In this document: piece after piece, positions 9,269-18,215 of the stretch
Position numbering within the stretch: position 1 is the stretch's first letter
Layout of the letters: every line of letters starts with the position of its first letter
NCBI RefSeq assembly: GCF_000196355.1
Contig: NC_007614.1
Coordinates: forward strand, 2,430,001 to 2,462,000
Direction: 5' to 3'
DNA length: 32,000 nt
Source: Nitrosospira multiformis ATCC 25196
GTDB lineage: Bacteria; Pseudomonadota; Gammaproteobacteria; Burkholderiales; Nitrosomonadaceae
Program-made: the position numbers and the translations under genes
The notes under the pieces: generated by a model
What the model saw: the letters and a program-made list of their open reading frames with translations, nothing else
Told to the model about the DNA's origin: nothing
The model's database searches: none

Positions 9269-9673
9269 ATGAAACCTTCAAAATTTGCGACTCAATCCTT
9301 GCTCCTGGCGGGCACGGTTTTCCTGGCACCAGTGGCAATCCAGGCGCAGACTACGCCGGGTCCGGGCGGTTCCATCGTCGGTCAACCCCCCGGGCAGGGA
9401 ATGTCGCCCGGGGGCGGTTACATCATCGGGCAGCCACCCCCCTCCCCTCCCATGCCGCCGAAACCCTCGATGAGGCAAAACGATTCGCCGCCACCGCTTG
9501 CGCCCAACCAGATCGGTCCGGTGCAGTCCGGCCCTCCACCCAGCGGCTTGATGAACGGACGCGACCCGATGAAGGAAAGACTCAATCGTGCAAATCGGGA
9601 AGGGGCGGACGTGGATCGAAACGGAATAATAAGTCCGGAAGAAGCTACCACGATACCGCAAAGTTCCCCTTAG
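9269..9673 (+). CDS. Secreted proline-rich protein with one C-terminal EF-hand-like Ca2+-binding loop
   Basis: The ORF track starts at a TTG (9239). I prefer the ATG at 9269, preceded by GGGAG. Signal peptide is MKPSKFATQSLLLAGTVFLAPVAIQA|Q. The mature part is P/G-rich, and DVDRNGIISPEE fits the 12-residue DxDxNGxIxxxE loop. Confidence 0.6.
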   Translation: MKPSKFATQSLLLAGTVFLAPVAIQAQTTPGPGGSIVGQPPGQGMSPGGGYIIGQPPPSPPMPPKPSMRQNDSPPPLAPNQIGPVQSGPPPSGLMNGRDPMKERLNRANREGADVDRNGIISPEEATTIPQSSP

Positions 9674-9694
9674 CTGAGATAGCGAGGTAAATCT

Positions 9695-9720
9695 GGCTCG
9701 AGGATCAGCATCCTCGAGCC
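9695..9720 (+). terminator. Stem-loop, probable terminator after the proline-rich protein gene
   Basis: Perfect 11-bp stem, ggctcgaggat (9695-9705) / atcctcgagcc (9710-9720), loop cagc, 22 nt after the stop. The downstream T-tract is weak (aatattg). Confidence 0.5.
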
Positions 9721-9774
9721 AATATTGTCCCGCCTGTCTGTTAAACCGCCACTCGCCCTTCAGAGGAGAAACCA

Positions 9775-10935
9775 ATGCGCGCACTCACTTATCATGGAAG
9801 TTACGACGTTCGCGTGGATACCGTACCCGACCCGATACTTCAGGAACCGGACGATATTGTTCTAAAAATAACTGCTACTGCGATCTGTGGCTCCGACTTG
9901 CATCTGTACCGGGGCAAAATGCCGGAACTCAAGAATGGCGACATACTCGGCCATGAGTTTATGGGAACAGTCGTCGACGCGGGCCCGGAGGTTACAGCGT
10001 TGCGAAAGGGCGACCGGGTGGTGGTCCCCTTCGTCATCGCCTGCGGACAATGCTTCTTCTGCGAGAGGCAATTGTACGCCGCTTGTGAAACGACCAACCC
10101 GGATCGTGGCGCAATCATGAACAAAAAAAACGTGCGTTCAGGCGCAGCGTTCTTTGGCTATACGCACCTGTATGGGGGAGTGCCGGGCGGCCAGGCTGAA
10201 TATGTAAGAGTGCCGAAGGCGAATGTAGGCCCCATCAAGATCCCTGAAACGCTTCCGGATGAGAAAGTCCTGTTCCTGAGTGATATTCTGCCTACCGGTT
10301 ACCAGGCTGTACTGAATGCAGAGATAGGCCCCGGTTCCAGCGTTGTGATTTTTGGCGCCGGTCCGGTGGGACTGATGTCGGCGGCTTGCGCGCGGCTTCT
10401 GGGAGCGGAAACGATTTTCATGGTCGACCATCATCCGTATCGACTCGAATTTGCCCGCCAAACATATGACGTTATCCCCCTCAATTTCGATGAGGTCGAC
10501 CCTGCCGAGGTCATTGTCGAGAAAACTTCTTATAGAGGTGTCGATGCGGCCATCGATGCAATAGGATTTGAGGCCAAAGGCAGCGCGCTGGAAACCGTCA
10601 TGACCAACCTGAAACTGGAAGGCAGCAGCGGCGTGGCCTTGCGCCAATGCATCGCAGCAGTAAGGCGGGGCGGCACAATCAGCGTGCCGGGAGTATATGC
10701 CGGTTTTATCCATGCCTTCCTTTTCGGTGATGCTTTCGAGAAAGGCGTGACCTTCAGAATGGGGCAAACTCATGTCCAGCGCTTCCTCCCCGAACTGCTG
10801 GAGCATGTCGAATCCGGAAAGCTACAACCGGATGTCATTATCAGTCACCGGATGCCGCTTGCTGAAGCAGCTAGCGCATATAAAATCTTCGAAAAAAAAG
10901 AAGACGACTGCCGCAAGGTTGTCCTGACCCCCTGA
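9775..10935 (+). CDS. Zn-dependent medium-chain dehydrogenase, glutathione-independent formaldehyde-dehydrogenase-like subgroup
   Basis: 386 aa. Catalytic Zn region is ICGSDLH...GHEFMG. Structural Zn cysteines are in [15 protein letters not shown]. Other motifs: [19 protein letters not shown] and NAD motif GAGPVGL. The RBS is strong (GAGGAGAAACCAATG). Confidence 0.88.
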   Translation: MRALTYHGSYDVRVDTVPDPILQEPDDIVLKITATAICGSDLHLYRGKMPELKNGDILGHEFMGTVVDAGPEVTALRKGDRVVVPFVIACGQCFFCERQLYAACETTNPDRGAIMNKKNVRSGAAFFGYTHLYGGVPGGQAEYVRVPKANVGPIKIPETLPDEKVLFLSDILPTGYQAVLNAEIGPGSSVVIFGAGPVGLMSAACARLLGAETIFMVDHHPYRLEFARQTYDVIPLNFDEVDPAEVIVEKTSYRGVDAAIDAIGFEAKGSALETVMTNLKLEGSSGVALRQCIAAVRRGGTISVPGVYAGFIHAFLFGDAFEKGVTFRMGQTHVQRFLPELLEHVESGKLQPDVIISHRMPLAEAASAYKIFEKKEDDCRKVVLTP

Positions 10936-11210
10936 CCCCCATACATCGAAGAGCCCCAAGTTCTCGTCCTGAGCTTTCGTCCAGCCTTACCTGACCGTTT
11001 GTCCCGGGTAGTCGCAAGGTGGAGATGAGCTCACAATAGAACTGAAGATGTTGTACGAGTAGTGAGTGGACTGTTCGTTATCGCACAGTAGCTTCCTCTA
11101 AAAACCCCGATCATAGCGGCAACCATCTGCGCTGGCCGAGTAACAAGAATGCGAAAAGCATCCTTATCGGTTCGCGCGCCTCCCGACAGTTTGCTCCAGG
11201 CCAGTGGTCG

Positions 11211-14200
11211 ATGAACGCAATCAATAACAAAATATTCCTTTCTTTTTGGCAGGCAGGCTATGAAGGGGCGGACCACATCAATGGTGAGGGCTTGCCTTTA
11301 TCCATGAATCACGCCACGCAGCATGCTGATCTGGCATATCACGATTATTCGCTACTGCAGGATTTTGGGATCGGAACGGTCCGCGAAAGCGTGGGTTGGC
11401 GGTCAGTGGAAAAAGAGGGGGGCTTCGATTTTTCGTCTGTCGAACTACGTGCCCACGCGGCTCGAGACTGTGGCCTACAGGTCATATGGACGTTATGTCA
11501 TTACGGTTGGCCAGATGAGATCGATCCCTATTCGGCTGATTTCATTGACCGGTTTTCGCTGTTTTGTTCTCGAACGGTGGAATATCTTGAATCATTTTCG
11601 AACAACGACGTTGTTTCCATCTACACCCCGATTAACGAAATCTCCTTCACCAGCTGGGTATCTGTGAGAAATCGCTTCATGTGCGCCAATCCACATGACG
11701 ACGACGGAGCGGAGTTAAAGCGGCAGCTGGTGCGAGCAACGATGAAAGGCTGCGAGGAAATCTGGAAAATCAATCCTTCCGCCCGCATTCTTCATTGCGA
11801 GCCGCTGATACACGTCGTTGCTCCTGATGACCGGCCTGACCTTGAGGATCACGCAGAGATGTACAGGCAATCCCAGTTCGAAGCCTGGGACATGCTCTGC
11901 GGACGCCTGGAGCCTGAGTTGGGGGGCGCGCCGCATTTTCTGGACCTGATCGGAGTGAACTACTATCACAGCAACCAATGGGAATCTAGCAGCGACAAAT
12001 GGGAGGCAGGCCTTCCTCTCTTCTGGCACCTCGATCATCCCCGCCGTGTTCCATTCTATGACCTTCTAAACGAGGTTTATCGCCGTTATCACCGGCCTGT
12101 TTTAATTTCGGAAACCAGCCATGTCGGAAGTGGCAGGGGTGCGTGGATCAAGGAAGTGGCGCAGCACGCGGTAATAGCTCAACAGTCTGGGGTGGACCTG
12201 CACGGAATCTGTCTGTATCCCATCGTTGATCGACCAGATTGGGATAACCCGGAACATTGGCATAAAAGCGGTCTATGGGAAGTAAATATCGAGGGGGAAA
12301 AAGAAGAAACACGGTACCAGCGGGTTTTATCGCAGACATATGCCGCTGGTTTAAGAGATGCTCAACGACTGACTCATAATCTTTTTTCACATTGCCTTTC
12401 AATTCAAACCCCATCCAACACTCTAGGAATCCCAATGACGACAATTATTGTTTTTTCCCATCTGCGCTGGGACTTTGTATATCAACGCCCCCAACATCTT
12501 CTCTCCCGGCTTGCTGAAAACTACAAGATTGTTTTCATTGAAGAGCCGATTCTGCACCAGCACGACAGCTTCCTCGAATACTCCCAGCCGGTGCCGAACA
12601 TTACCGTGGTGAAGCCTCGCACACCGGTCGCCGCAGCAGGTTTCCATGATGAACAACTGCCGCATCTGATCAGATTGATGCAGCAATTTGTCGTTCTGGA
12701 AGAAGAGCACATCGCCTGGTTTTATACGCCCATGGCGCTGCCGCTGCTGCAGGAGCTGCAACCCTCCCTGGTTATTTATGATTGCATGGACGAACTCGCC
12801 TCTTTCAAGAATTCACCCAAGCAAATGCTTCAACGGGAAAATGCGTTGCTGAGAATTGCGGACCTCGTTTTTACCGGCGGGCCAAGCCTCTACCGCGCAA
12901 AGCGGGCACGCCATCCGAACGTGCATTGCTTTCCCAGCAGTGTAGATATCGTACATTTTGAACAAGCAAGGGACCGGAGCAATCACCACCCGGCCCAGGA
13001 GGACATACCCGGCCCCCGGCTCGGCTACTATGGCGTGATAGACGAGCGAATTGATCTGGAACTCATCGATCGTCTGGCGGAGGCGCACCCGCAATGGCAG
13101 ATCGTGCTGGTCGGGCCCGTCGCGAAGATCAGCCGGAGCGCGTTGCCCCGACGGCATAACATTCACTACCTGGGCCAGCAGCCCTATAAGGCCCTTCCGC
13201 ATTTTCTGGCTGGCTGGAACGTATGTTTGCTGCCTTTTGCCTTGAATGAATCCACACGCTTCATCAGCCCGACCAAGACGCTGGAGTATATGGCTGCCGA
13301 ATTGCCTGTAATCAGTACACCCGTTGCGGATGTAGTGGAACTGTATGGGGAAGCCGTATCGATTGCAGATACCCCGCAGGCTTTCATCCGGGCCTGCGAG
13401 AACGCGTTGCTGACCACCCCCGAAGACAATACGCAAACGATTATGAGAATGCGGGAAATGGTATCGGCAACCTCCTGGAATACAACTGCGGAAAAAATGC
13501 ATGAACTCATGCAGGTTGCCGTGCTGCAGAACGAAGGATCAACGAGGGGTGTACGCCGGTTCATGGAACCCGAGTCCCTCATTCCTGGGAACCTGGAATC
13601 TACTCCTGCCGAAAACAGAAAGGTTGTCATTATCGGAGCGGGGCCGACCGGATTGAGTGCTGCTTATCACCTTGACGAAGAGACGCTGCTGCTGGACAAG
13701 AATTCGGTTGTCGGCGGATGGTGCCGCTCGATTGAAGACAAAGGTTTCACCTTTGATCACGCCGGTCACATCATGTTTTCAAACGACCCCTATGTGCATC
13801 AGCTCTACAAGATTCTGCTCGGCAATAACGTTCATTGGCAGGACCGTGAAGCCTGGGTTTACAGCAAAGGCATTCATACCCGCTATCCGTTTCAGGGCGC
13901 CCTCTATGGTCTGCCCGCCGATGTCATCAAGGAATGCATTGTGGGAGCGATGGAAGCGCGCTACGGCACATTAAAGACTCCTCAAGCAAAATCAATGGAA
14001 GGAACCTGCCAGGGTATGGACGGGGCCGCTACCGTTGTATCGGACTGCTGCGCCGATGGGACCGGGAGTATAGTCCCCGGGTCCGGCGAAGTACGAGGGG
14101 CCGAAGGCATGGTTGACAGAAGCAAAGCCGAGAACTTCGAAGAGTTCATCTATCGGGTGTGGGGAGCAGGTATCGCGAAACATTTTGCGATACCTTACAA

Positions 14201-15092
14201 CAGAAAACTCTGGACAGTTCCACTGACCGAAATGGAAACTTCCTGGCTTGGGGGCCGCGTACCCCTGCCTGATCTGGAGGAAATCATAGAAGGCGCATTA
14301 CGGCCTGTCGCCAAACCGATGGGCCCCAATGCGCGCTTCGGTTACCCTCTCCGAGGGGGATTTCAGGCCATGATGTCTGGCTTTGTTCCCCACATCAAAG
14401 GCGCCATTGAGCTGAATACAGAGGTCGCCCGCATTTCACCGGATCAACACTTGATTACATTGGCGGATGGAAGGCGCTACCGCTATCAGTATCTGCTCAG
14501 CACGATACCCCTACCCGAGCTGATCCGCAGCATGGGGGATGAAGCGCCTCCCCCCATCAAAAAAGCGGCAGCCGCATTGCGCCACGTTTCAGTACGCTGC
14601 GTCAACCTGGGTATCGGCAGGGAAAACATTTCAGACAAGCACTGGATCTATTATCCGGAAGACACCATCTTCCATCGGGTTTTTCTCCAGGGGAATGCCA
14701 GTCCTGCCTGCAATCCCCCGGGCGGATTCGGGCTCACCTGCGAGATATCCTACTCGCCGGTCAAACCTCTCCCACTCGACGGCCAGGAGTTGATCGACCG
14801 ATGCGTGGAAGACTGCATCAAGGTGGGTTTATTTACGCGGGACGATAAATTGATTACGGCCAATCTGGTAGATATGCCGTACGCGTATGTAGTATATGAC
14901 CACGCGAGAAAGCAGAGCGTTGAAACCATCCGGCAATGGCTTTCGGAGCGCGATATTATCCTGGCCGGACGCTACAGTGAGTGGGAATATTACAACTCCG
15001 ATCATGCTTTCCTGGCAGGAAAAAAGGCAGCAGAAGTTATCGATGAACTCATTGACGGCGAAGAACATATTGCCGACAAAACCGCAGTGTGA
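11211..15092 (+). CDS. Three-domain fusion: clan GH-A (GH1-like) TIM-barrel glycosidase, GT-B glycosyltransferase, long-form (eukaryote-type) UDP-galactopyranose mutase-like flavoenzyme
   Basis: One uninterrupted 1293-aa ORF.
- Residues ~1-400: YTPINEISF (acid/base Glu) and VLISETSH (nucleophile Glu), about 158 residues apart.
- Residues 409-~780: MTTIIVFSHLRWDFVYQRPQHL plus the C-terminal ISPTKTLEYMAAELPVIST GT-B motif.
- Residues ~800-1293: KVVIIGAGPTGLSAAY (FAD), HAGHIMFS, RYPFQ, FAIPYNRKLWTVPLTEMETSWLGGRVPLP, GPNARFGYPLRGG, HWIYYPED and GRYSEWEYYNSDHAF. As I recall the sequence, these are colinear with fungal-type UGM. Confidence 0.85.
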   Translation: MNAINNKIFLSFWQAGYEGADHINGEGLPLSMNHATQHADLAYHDYSLLQDFGIGTVRESVGWRSVEKEGGFDFSSVELRAHAARDCGLQVIWTLCHYGWPDEIDPYSADFIDRFSLFCSRTVEYLESFSNNDVVSIYTPINEISFTSWVSVRNRFMCANPHDDDGAELKRQLVRATMKGCEEIWKINPSARILHCEPLIHVVAPDDRPDLEDHAEMYRQSQFEAWDMLCGRLEPELGGAPHFLDLIGVNYYHSNQWESSSDKWEAGLPLFWHLDHPRRVPFYDLLNEVYRRYHRPVLISETSHVGSGRGAWIKEVAQHAVIAQQSGVDLHGICLYPIVDRPDWDNPEHWHKSGLWEVNIEGEKEETRYQRVLSQTYAAGLRDAQRLTHNLFSHCLSIQTPSNTLGIPMTTIIVFSHLRWDFVYQRPQHLLSRLAENYKIVFIEEPILHQHDSFLEYSQPVPNITVVKPRTPVAAAGFHDEQLPHLIRLMQQFVVLEEEHIAWFYTPMALPLLQELQPSLVIYDCMDELASFKNSPKQMLQRENALLRIADLVFTGGPSLYRAKRARHPNVHCFPSSVDIVHFEQARDRSNHHPAQEDIPGPRLGYYGVIDERIDLELIDRLAEAHPQWQIVLVGPVAKISRSALPRRHNIHYLGQQPYKALPHFLAGWNVCLLPFALNESTRFISPTKTLEYMAAELPVISTPVADVVELYGEAVSIADTPQAFIRACENALLTTPEDNTQTIMRMREMVSATSWNTTAEKMHELMQVAVLQNEGSTRGVRRFMEPESLIPGNLESTPAENRKVVIIGAGPTGLSAAYHLDEETLLLDKNSVVGGWCRSIEDKGFTFDHAGHIMFSNDPYVHQLYKILLGNNVHWQDREAWVYSKGIHTRYPFQGALYGLPADVIKECIVGAMEARYGTLKTPQAKSMEGTCQGMDGAATVVSDCCADGTGSIVPGSGEVRGAEGMVDRSKAENFEEFIYRVWGAGIAKHFAIPYNRKLWTVPLTEMETSWLGGRVPLPDLEEIIEGALRPVAKPMGPNARFGYPLRGGFQAMMSGFVPHIKGAIELNTEVARISPDQHLITLADGRRYRYQYLLSTIPLPELIRSMGDEAPPPIKKAAAALRHVSVRCVNLGIGRENISDKHWIYYPEDTIFHRVFLQGNASPACNPPGGFGLTCEISYSPVKPLPLDGQELIDRCVEDCIKVGLFTRDDKLITANLVDMPYAYVVYDHARKQSVETIRQWLSERDIILAGRYSEWEYYNSDHAFLAGKKAAEVIDELIDGEEHIADKTAV

Positions 15093-15098
15093 TCAGGC

Positions 15099-15902
15099 AT
15101 GATAATAGACGCTCATATTCATTGTTCAGGAGACGAAAAAGTAGATGACGTTCTACAGGCATTGGATCAGGCGCAAGTGGACAAGGCCGTTGTGCTTGCG
15201 CCATTTTTGAGCGGCCCGTATTCCATGCACGACAGTGCGTCGTTGAGATCGGCCAACCAGTACCTTTCCCGGCTGATAGGCCATCACACCGACCGGCTGA
15301 TCGGCTTTGCGGTAATCAACCCTTCGTTAGAAGGAGCATGCCAGGATCTTGTGAGCGCCCATGAACTGGGGCTCCATGGACTCAAAATGGTGCCAGCCGG
15401 ATGGTATCCTTATGACGACTGTGCACGGGATGTTTATGAAACAGCAGCCCGCCTCAAAATTCCAATCCTGTTCCACAGCGGGATTTTCATCGATGGAAAA
15501 TCGGGGCGTTTCTGCCGCCCCAGCTTTTACGAAGCGATACGCGATTATCCTGACTTGCGCGTTACCCTCGCTCACCTAGGGTGGCCCTGGTCAGATGAGG
15601 CGAATGCGGTAGGTCTCATAGACCTCATCAACGGAGTGCCGCCCGATAACAGCCAGTTTCGCTTCGACATTTCCTTTGGCGCCCCCCCCGTTTACCGCCT
15701 TGAAGTTCTCAGAAAAGCAATCGACGTCCTCACGCCCGATTTATTGCAATTCGGCAGCGATGTGTTCTTGCCCTGTAGCGCGGATTTGATAAAAAGCCGA
15801 ATTGACGAGGTGTTGATGCTGCTGGAACGTCTCGAAGTGGACAAATCCAGTCGCGACCGGATCATGGGAGGGACAGCCGCAGCCTGGTTGGGGATAAACT
15901 GA
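15099..15902 (+). CDS. Amidohydrolase-2 family metal-dependent TIM-barrel hydrolase
   Basis: 267 aa with the N-terminal IIDAHIHC HxH metal motif, a later ILFHSG, and LAHLGWPW. It starts 6 nt after the fusion gene stop. Confidence 0.8.
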   Translation: MIIDAHIHCSGDEKVDDVLQALDQAQVDKAVVLAPFLSGPYSMHDSASLRSANQYLSRLIGHHTDRLIGFAVINPSLEGACQDLVSAHELGLHGLKMVPAGWYPYDDCARDVYETAARLKIPILFHSGIFIDGKSGRFCRPSFYEAIRDYPDLRVTLAHLGWPWSDEANAVGLIDLINGVPPDNSQFRFDISFGAPPVYRLEVLRKAIDVLTPDLLQFGSDVFLPCSADLIKSRIDEVLMLLERLEVDKSSRDRIMGGTAAAWLGIN

Positions 15903-15903
15903 C

Positions 15904-17067
15904 GTGAAAATCATTTCAACCGCCGAACGGCCTGTCAATCTTCTTGAGATCATAGGGGCTTCCATTGTCGGTGGAATGGAAACTTACGTCTTGAGGTTGC
16001 TCGAGCGGCTTCCCCAGGACTCTTTTCGGGTCACCTGCCTCTGTGTGGCGGAAGGCAAACTCGCATCCCAATTACGCAGCATCGGTTGCAGCGTTCACAT
16101 CACGCCCATCACGGATGAGCCCGACTGGCAGGCTGTCCTGCTGGGCTCCAGCCTGATCCGGACTGATGCGATCGACGTCATTCATGCACACCTTCCCAAT
16201 GCACACTCACTTGCAGGTATTCTGAGCAGGTTGACCGACACGCCAGCTGTGTCCACTATTCACGGACGCTACCTGAGCATGCGCGATTTTGAAGTGCACA
16301 AGCTCATGAATACCCATATCAACGTGGTTGCAAAAACCGCCTACTTCCATGCTTTGACCCTCGGCGTACCGAGCACAAAACTACGTTTTATTCCGAATGG
16401 AATCGATACAAAGATCTTTCAACCGGCCCCCAAGTCGAATTACCTTCATTCCTTGATCAAGATCCCGCCAGAAACGCCTCTCGTAGGCTTCATTGGACGC
16501 CTCTCGCCCGAAAAGGGACCGGGAGTATTTGTTCAGGTGGCGCGGATAGCACAAAGGAAATTGAAGAATTGCCACTTCGTACTGGTGGGCGAAGGGCCGA
16601 TGCGGCGGGAGCTCCAGAAGGAAATCGACGAGTATGGCCTGAAGGACCACATCCATATAGTCGGACTGCAGAGAGACATCACAAAAATCTATCCCTGCCT
16701 CGATCTCGTCGTGTCGACTTCATATTCCGAAGCGATGCCACTTGTAATAGTAGAAGCGATGGCGTCAGGCCTCCCGGTGGTGGCCACGAATGTCGGGGGG
16801 GTGGTCGATATTGTCGAGGTAGGCGGAACCGGATTGCTGAAAGGTCCGGGAGATACGGAAGGACTGGCAAACGATGTCATCACTTTGATGACCGACAATT
16901 CGACCCGTATCCAGATGGGAGCAGCAGCCCGAAAACGGGCCGAAGAAAAATTCGACCTAAGTGATATCGTCGCTCAAACTGCACAATTATTGCGATCTCT
17001 TACCCAAGGGGGTATCAAAGGAAGCGATGCGGATACGACAAAAGGCTATCGAAAAGCGCGTTCCTGA
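15904..17067 (+). CDS. GT4-family (GT-B) glycosyltransferase
   Basis: 387 aa. GTG start one nt after the preceding stop. Motifs: GGMETYVLRLLERL, GRLSPEKG, and the E-x7-E region SEAMPLVIVEAMASGLPVVATNVGG. Confidence 0.88.
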   Translation: MKIISTAERPVNLLEIIGASIVGGMETYVLRLLERLPQDSFRVTCLCVAEGKLASQLRSIGCSVHITPITDEPDWQAVLLGSSLIRTDAIDVIHAHLPNAHSLAGILSRLTDTPAVSTIHGRYLSMRDFEVHKLMNTHINVVAKTAYFHALTLGVPSTKLRFIPNGIDTKIFQPAPKSNYLHSLIKIPPETPLVGFIGRLSPEKGPGVFVQVARIAQRKLKNCHFVLVGEGPMRRELQKEIDEYGLKDHIHIVGLQRDITKIYPCLDLVVSTSYSEAMPLVIVEAMASGLPVVATNVGGVVDIVEVGGTGLLKGPGDTEGLANDVITLMTDNSTRIQMGAAARKRAEEKFDLSDIVAQTAQLLRSLTQGGIKGSDADTTKGYRKARS

Positions 17068-18011
17068 TGGTTCTCCGGGAGAGAGGCGTCCATTGCTCCA
17101 ACCTTCCCTGCCGCTGACGGGATAGTAGAGGGGGTTTTGGACGGAATCTCCTGGTTTTTTCGCGATCCTCGAGCATGAGAATATACCCAGGTAAACTCAG
17201 CACCGAGTAAAAAAATCTGAGCCGAGTAGTAAACCCATACCAACACGACAACCAGCGACCCTGCTGCGCCGAATCCGGAACTGATGGCGCTTTTTCCAAT
17301 GTAAAGACCGATCAGAATCTTACCGATGGTAAAGAGCAGCGCCGTAACAACCGCCCCGGCCCCCACATCCCTCCACTGGATTTTCACTTTGGGCATAAAT
17401 TTATAAAGCATCGCGAAAACAGCGGTGGTAAAAACAAAGCTGAATATGAAATTCAGGCTCGTTACCAGAACTTCAAGCCCGGAGAAAAATCCGCCCCACC
17501 ACTTTCCCAACGCGGACACGGCGGCATTGAAAACAAGGGATACCATCATCAGGAAGCCTATTCCCAGGATTATTCCAAACGATAGCAATCTGGTCCTGAT
17601 GAGTTCCCATATCCCGCCGTTCTTGTCGTTCTTGTCTTTGACGGGGGCGCGCCAAATACGGTCGAACGCGTTCTGCAACTCGCCAAATACCGTCGTCGCA
17701 CCGACCAGGAGCAAAACTGTTCCGACCACTGCGCCTGCCGCCCCCTCTTCCGGTTTGCTGACGCTTGCCAGCAAGCCTTCCACCGCGGCCGCCCCTTGAT
17801 CACCCATCAAGTCGCGTAATTGTCCAAAGATTTCCCCACGCACTGCTTCTTCGCCGAAAATAAGTCCTGCAGTTGAAATAACGATCAGCAAAAGTGGGGC
17901 GATCGAAAACAGAGTATAGTAGGCCAACGCCGCGCCCATGCTCGGCGCATAGTCATCCACCCACGACGAAAAAGAAGCTTTGACGAGAGTCCATATCTCC
18001 CTGATATTCAT
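17046..18011 (-). CDS. YihY/BrkB-family inner membrane protein
   Basis: 321 aa. The N-terminus SWVDDYAPSMGAALAYYTLFSIAPLLLI and the multi-TM body fit the YihY family. Its 3' end overlaps the convergent GT4 gene by 22 nt. Confidence 0.88.
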   Translation of the reverse strand: MNIREIWTLVKASFSSWVDDYAPSMGAALAYYTLFSIAPLLLIVISTAGLIFGEEAVRGEIFGQLRDLMGDQGAAAVEGLLASVSKPEEGAAGAVVGTVLLLVGATTVFGELQNAFDRIWRAPVKDKNDKNGGIWELIRTRLLSFGIILGIGFLMMVSLVFNAAVSALGKWWGGFFSGLEVLVTSLNFIFSFVFTTAVFAMLYKFMPKVKIQWRDVGAGAVVTALLFTIGKILIGLYIGKSAISSGFGAAGSLVVVLVWVYYSAQIFLLGAEFTWVYSHARGSRKNQEIPSKTPSTIPSAAGKVGAMDASLPENHQERAFR

Positions 18012-18015
18012 TCTG

Positions 18016-18046
18016 TCCTCCTCTTTTTCCCCTTCCTTCCCTTTCT
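18016..18046. repeat. 31-nt uninterrupted polypyrimidine (+) / polypurine (-) tract in the yihY-like leader
   Basis: tcctcctctttttccccttccttccctttct, read directly. The flanks (18009-18063) are also almost pure pyrimidine. On the minus strand it supplies GAGGAGG just upstream of the ATG at 18011. Confidence 0.9.
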
Positions 18047-18215
18047 GTCCTCTGCGCTTCTGTTCAAATGGGGCGTTAAGGCAGAAATGCGAGCCGGAAG
18101 CTGGAATTCATCCATAGAACCGAAATAACATCATGAATTACAATAGGTGAAACGATTCGATTGGTATGTACGCTAATGCACAGATCGAGCGGACAGGCTT
18201 GCGCTTGGCCAGCCG

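Noticed and set aside
10138-10806. 222-aa minus-strand ORF antisense to the Zn-dependent dehydrogenase
   Set aside because: It is fully nested in a strongly supported gene, and the translated sequence has no family signature.
12813-13630. 229-aa and 148-aa minus-strand ORFs inside the fusion gene
   Set aside because: Both are antisense to the GT-B domain region, whose plus-strand translation carries clear conserved motifs. The reverse translations are Arg/Cys/Pro-rich with no motifs.
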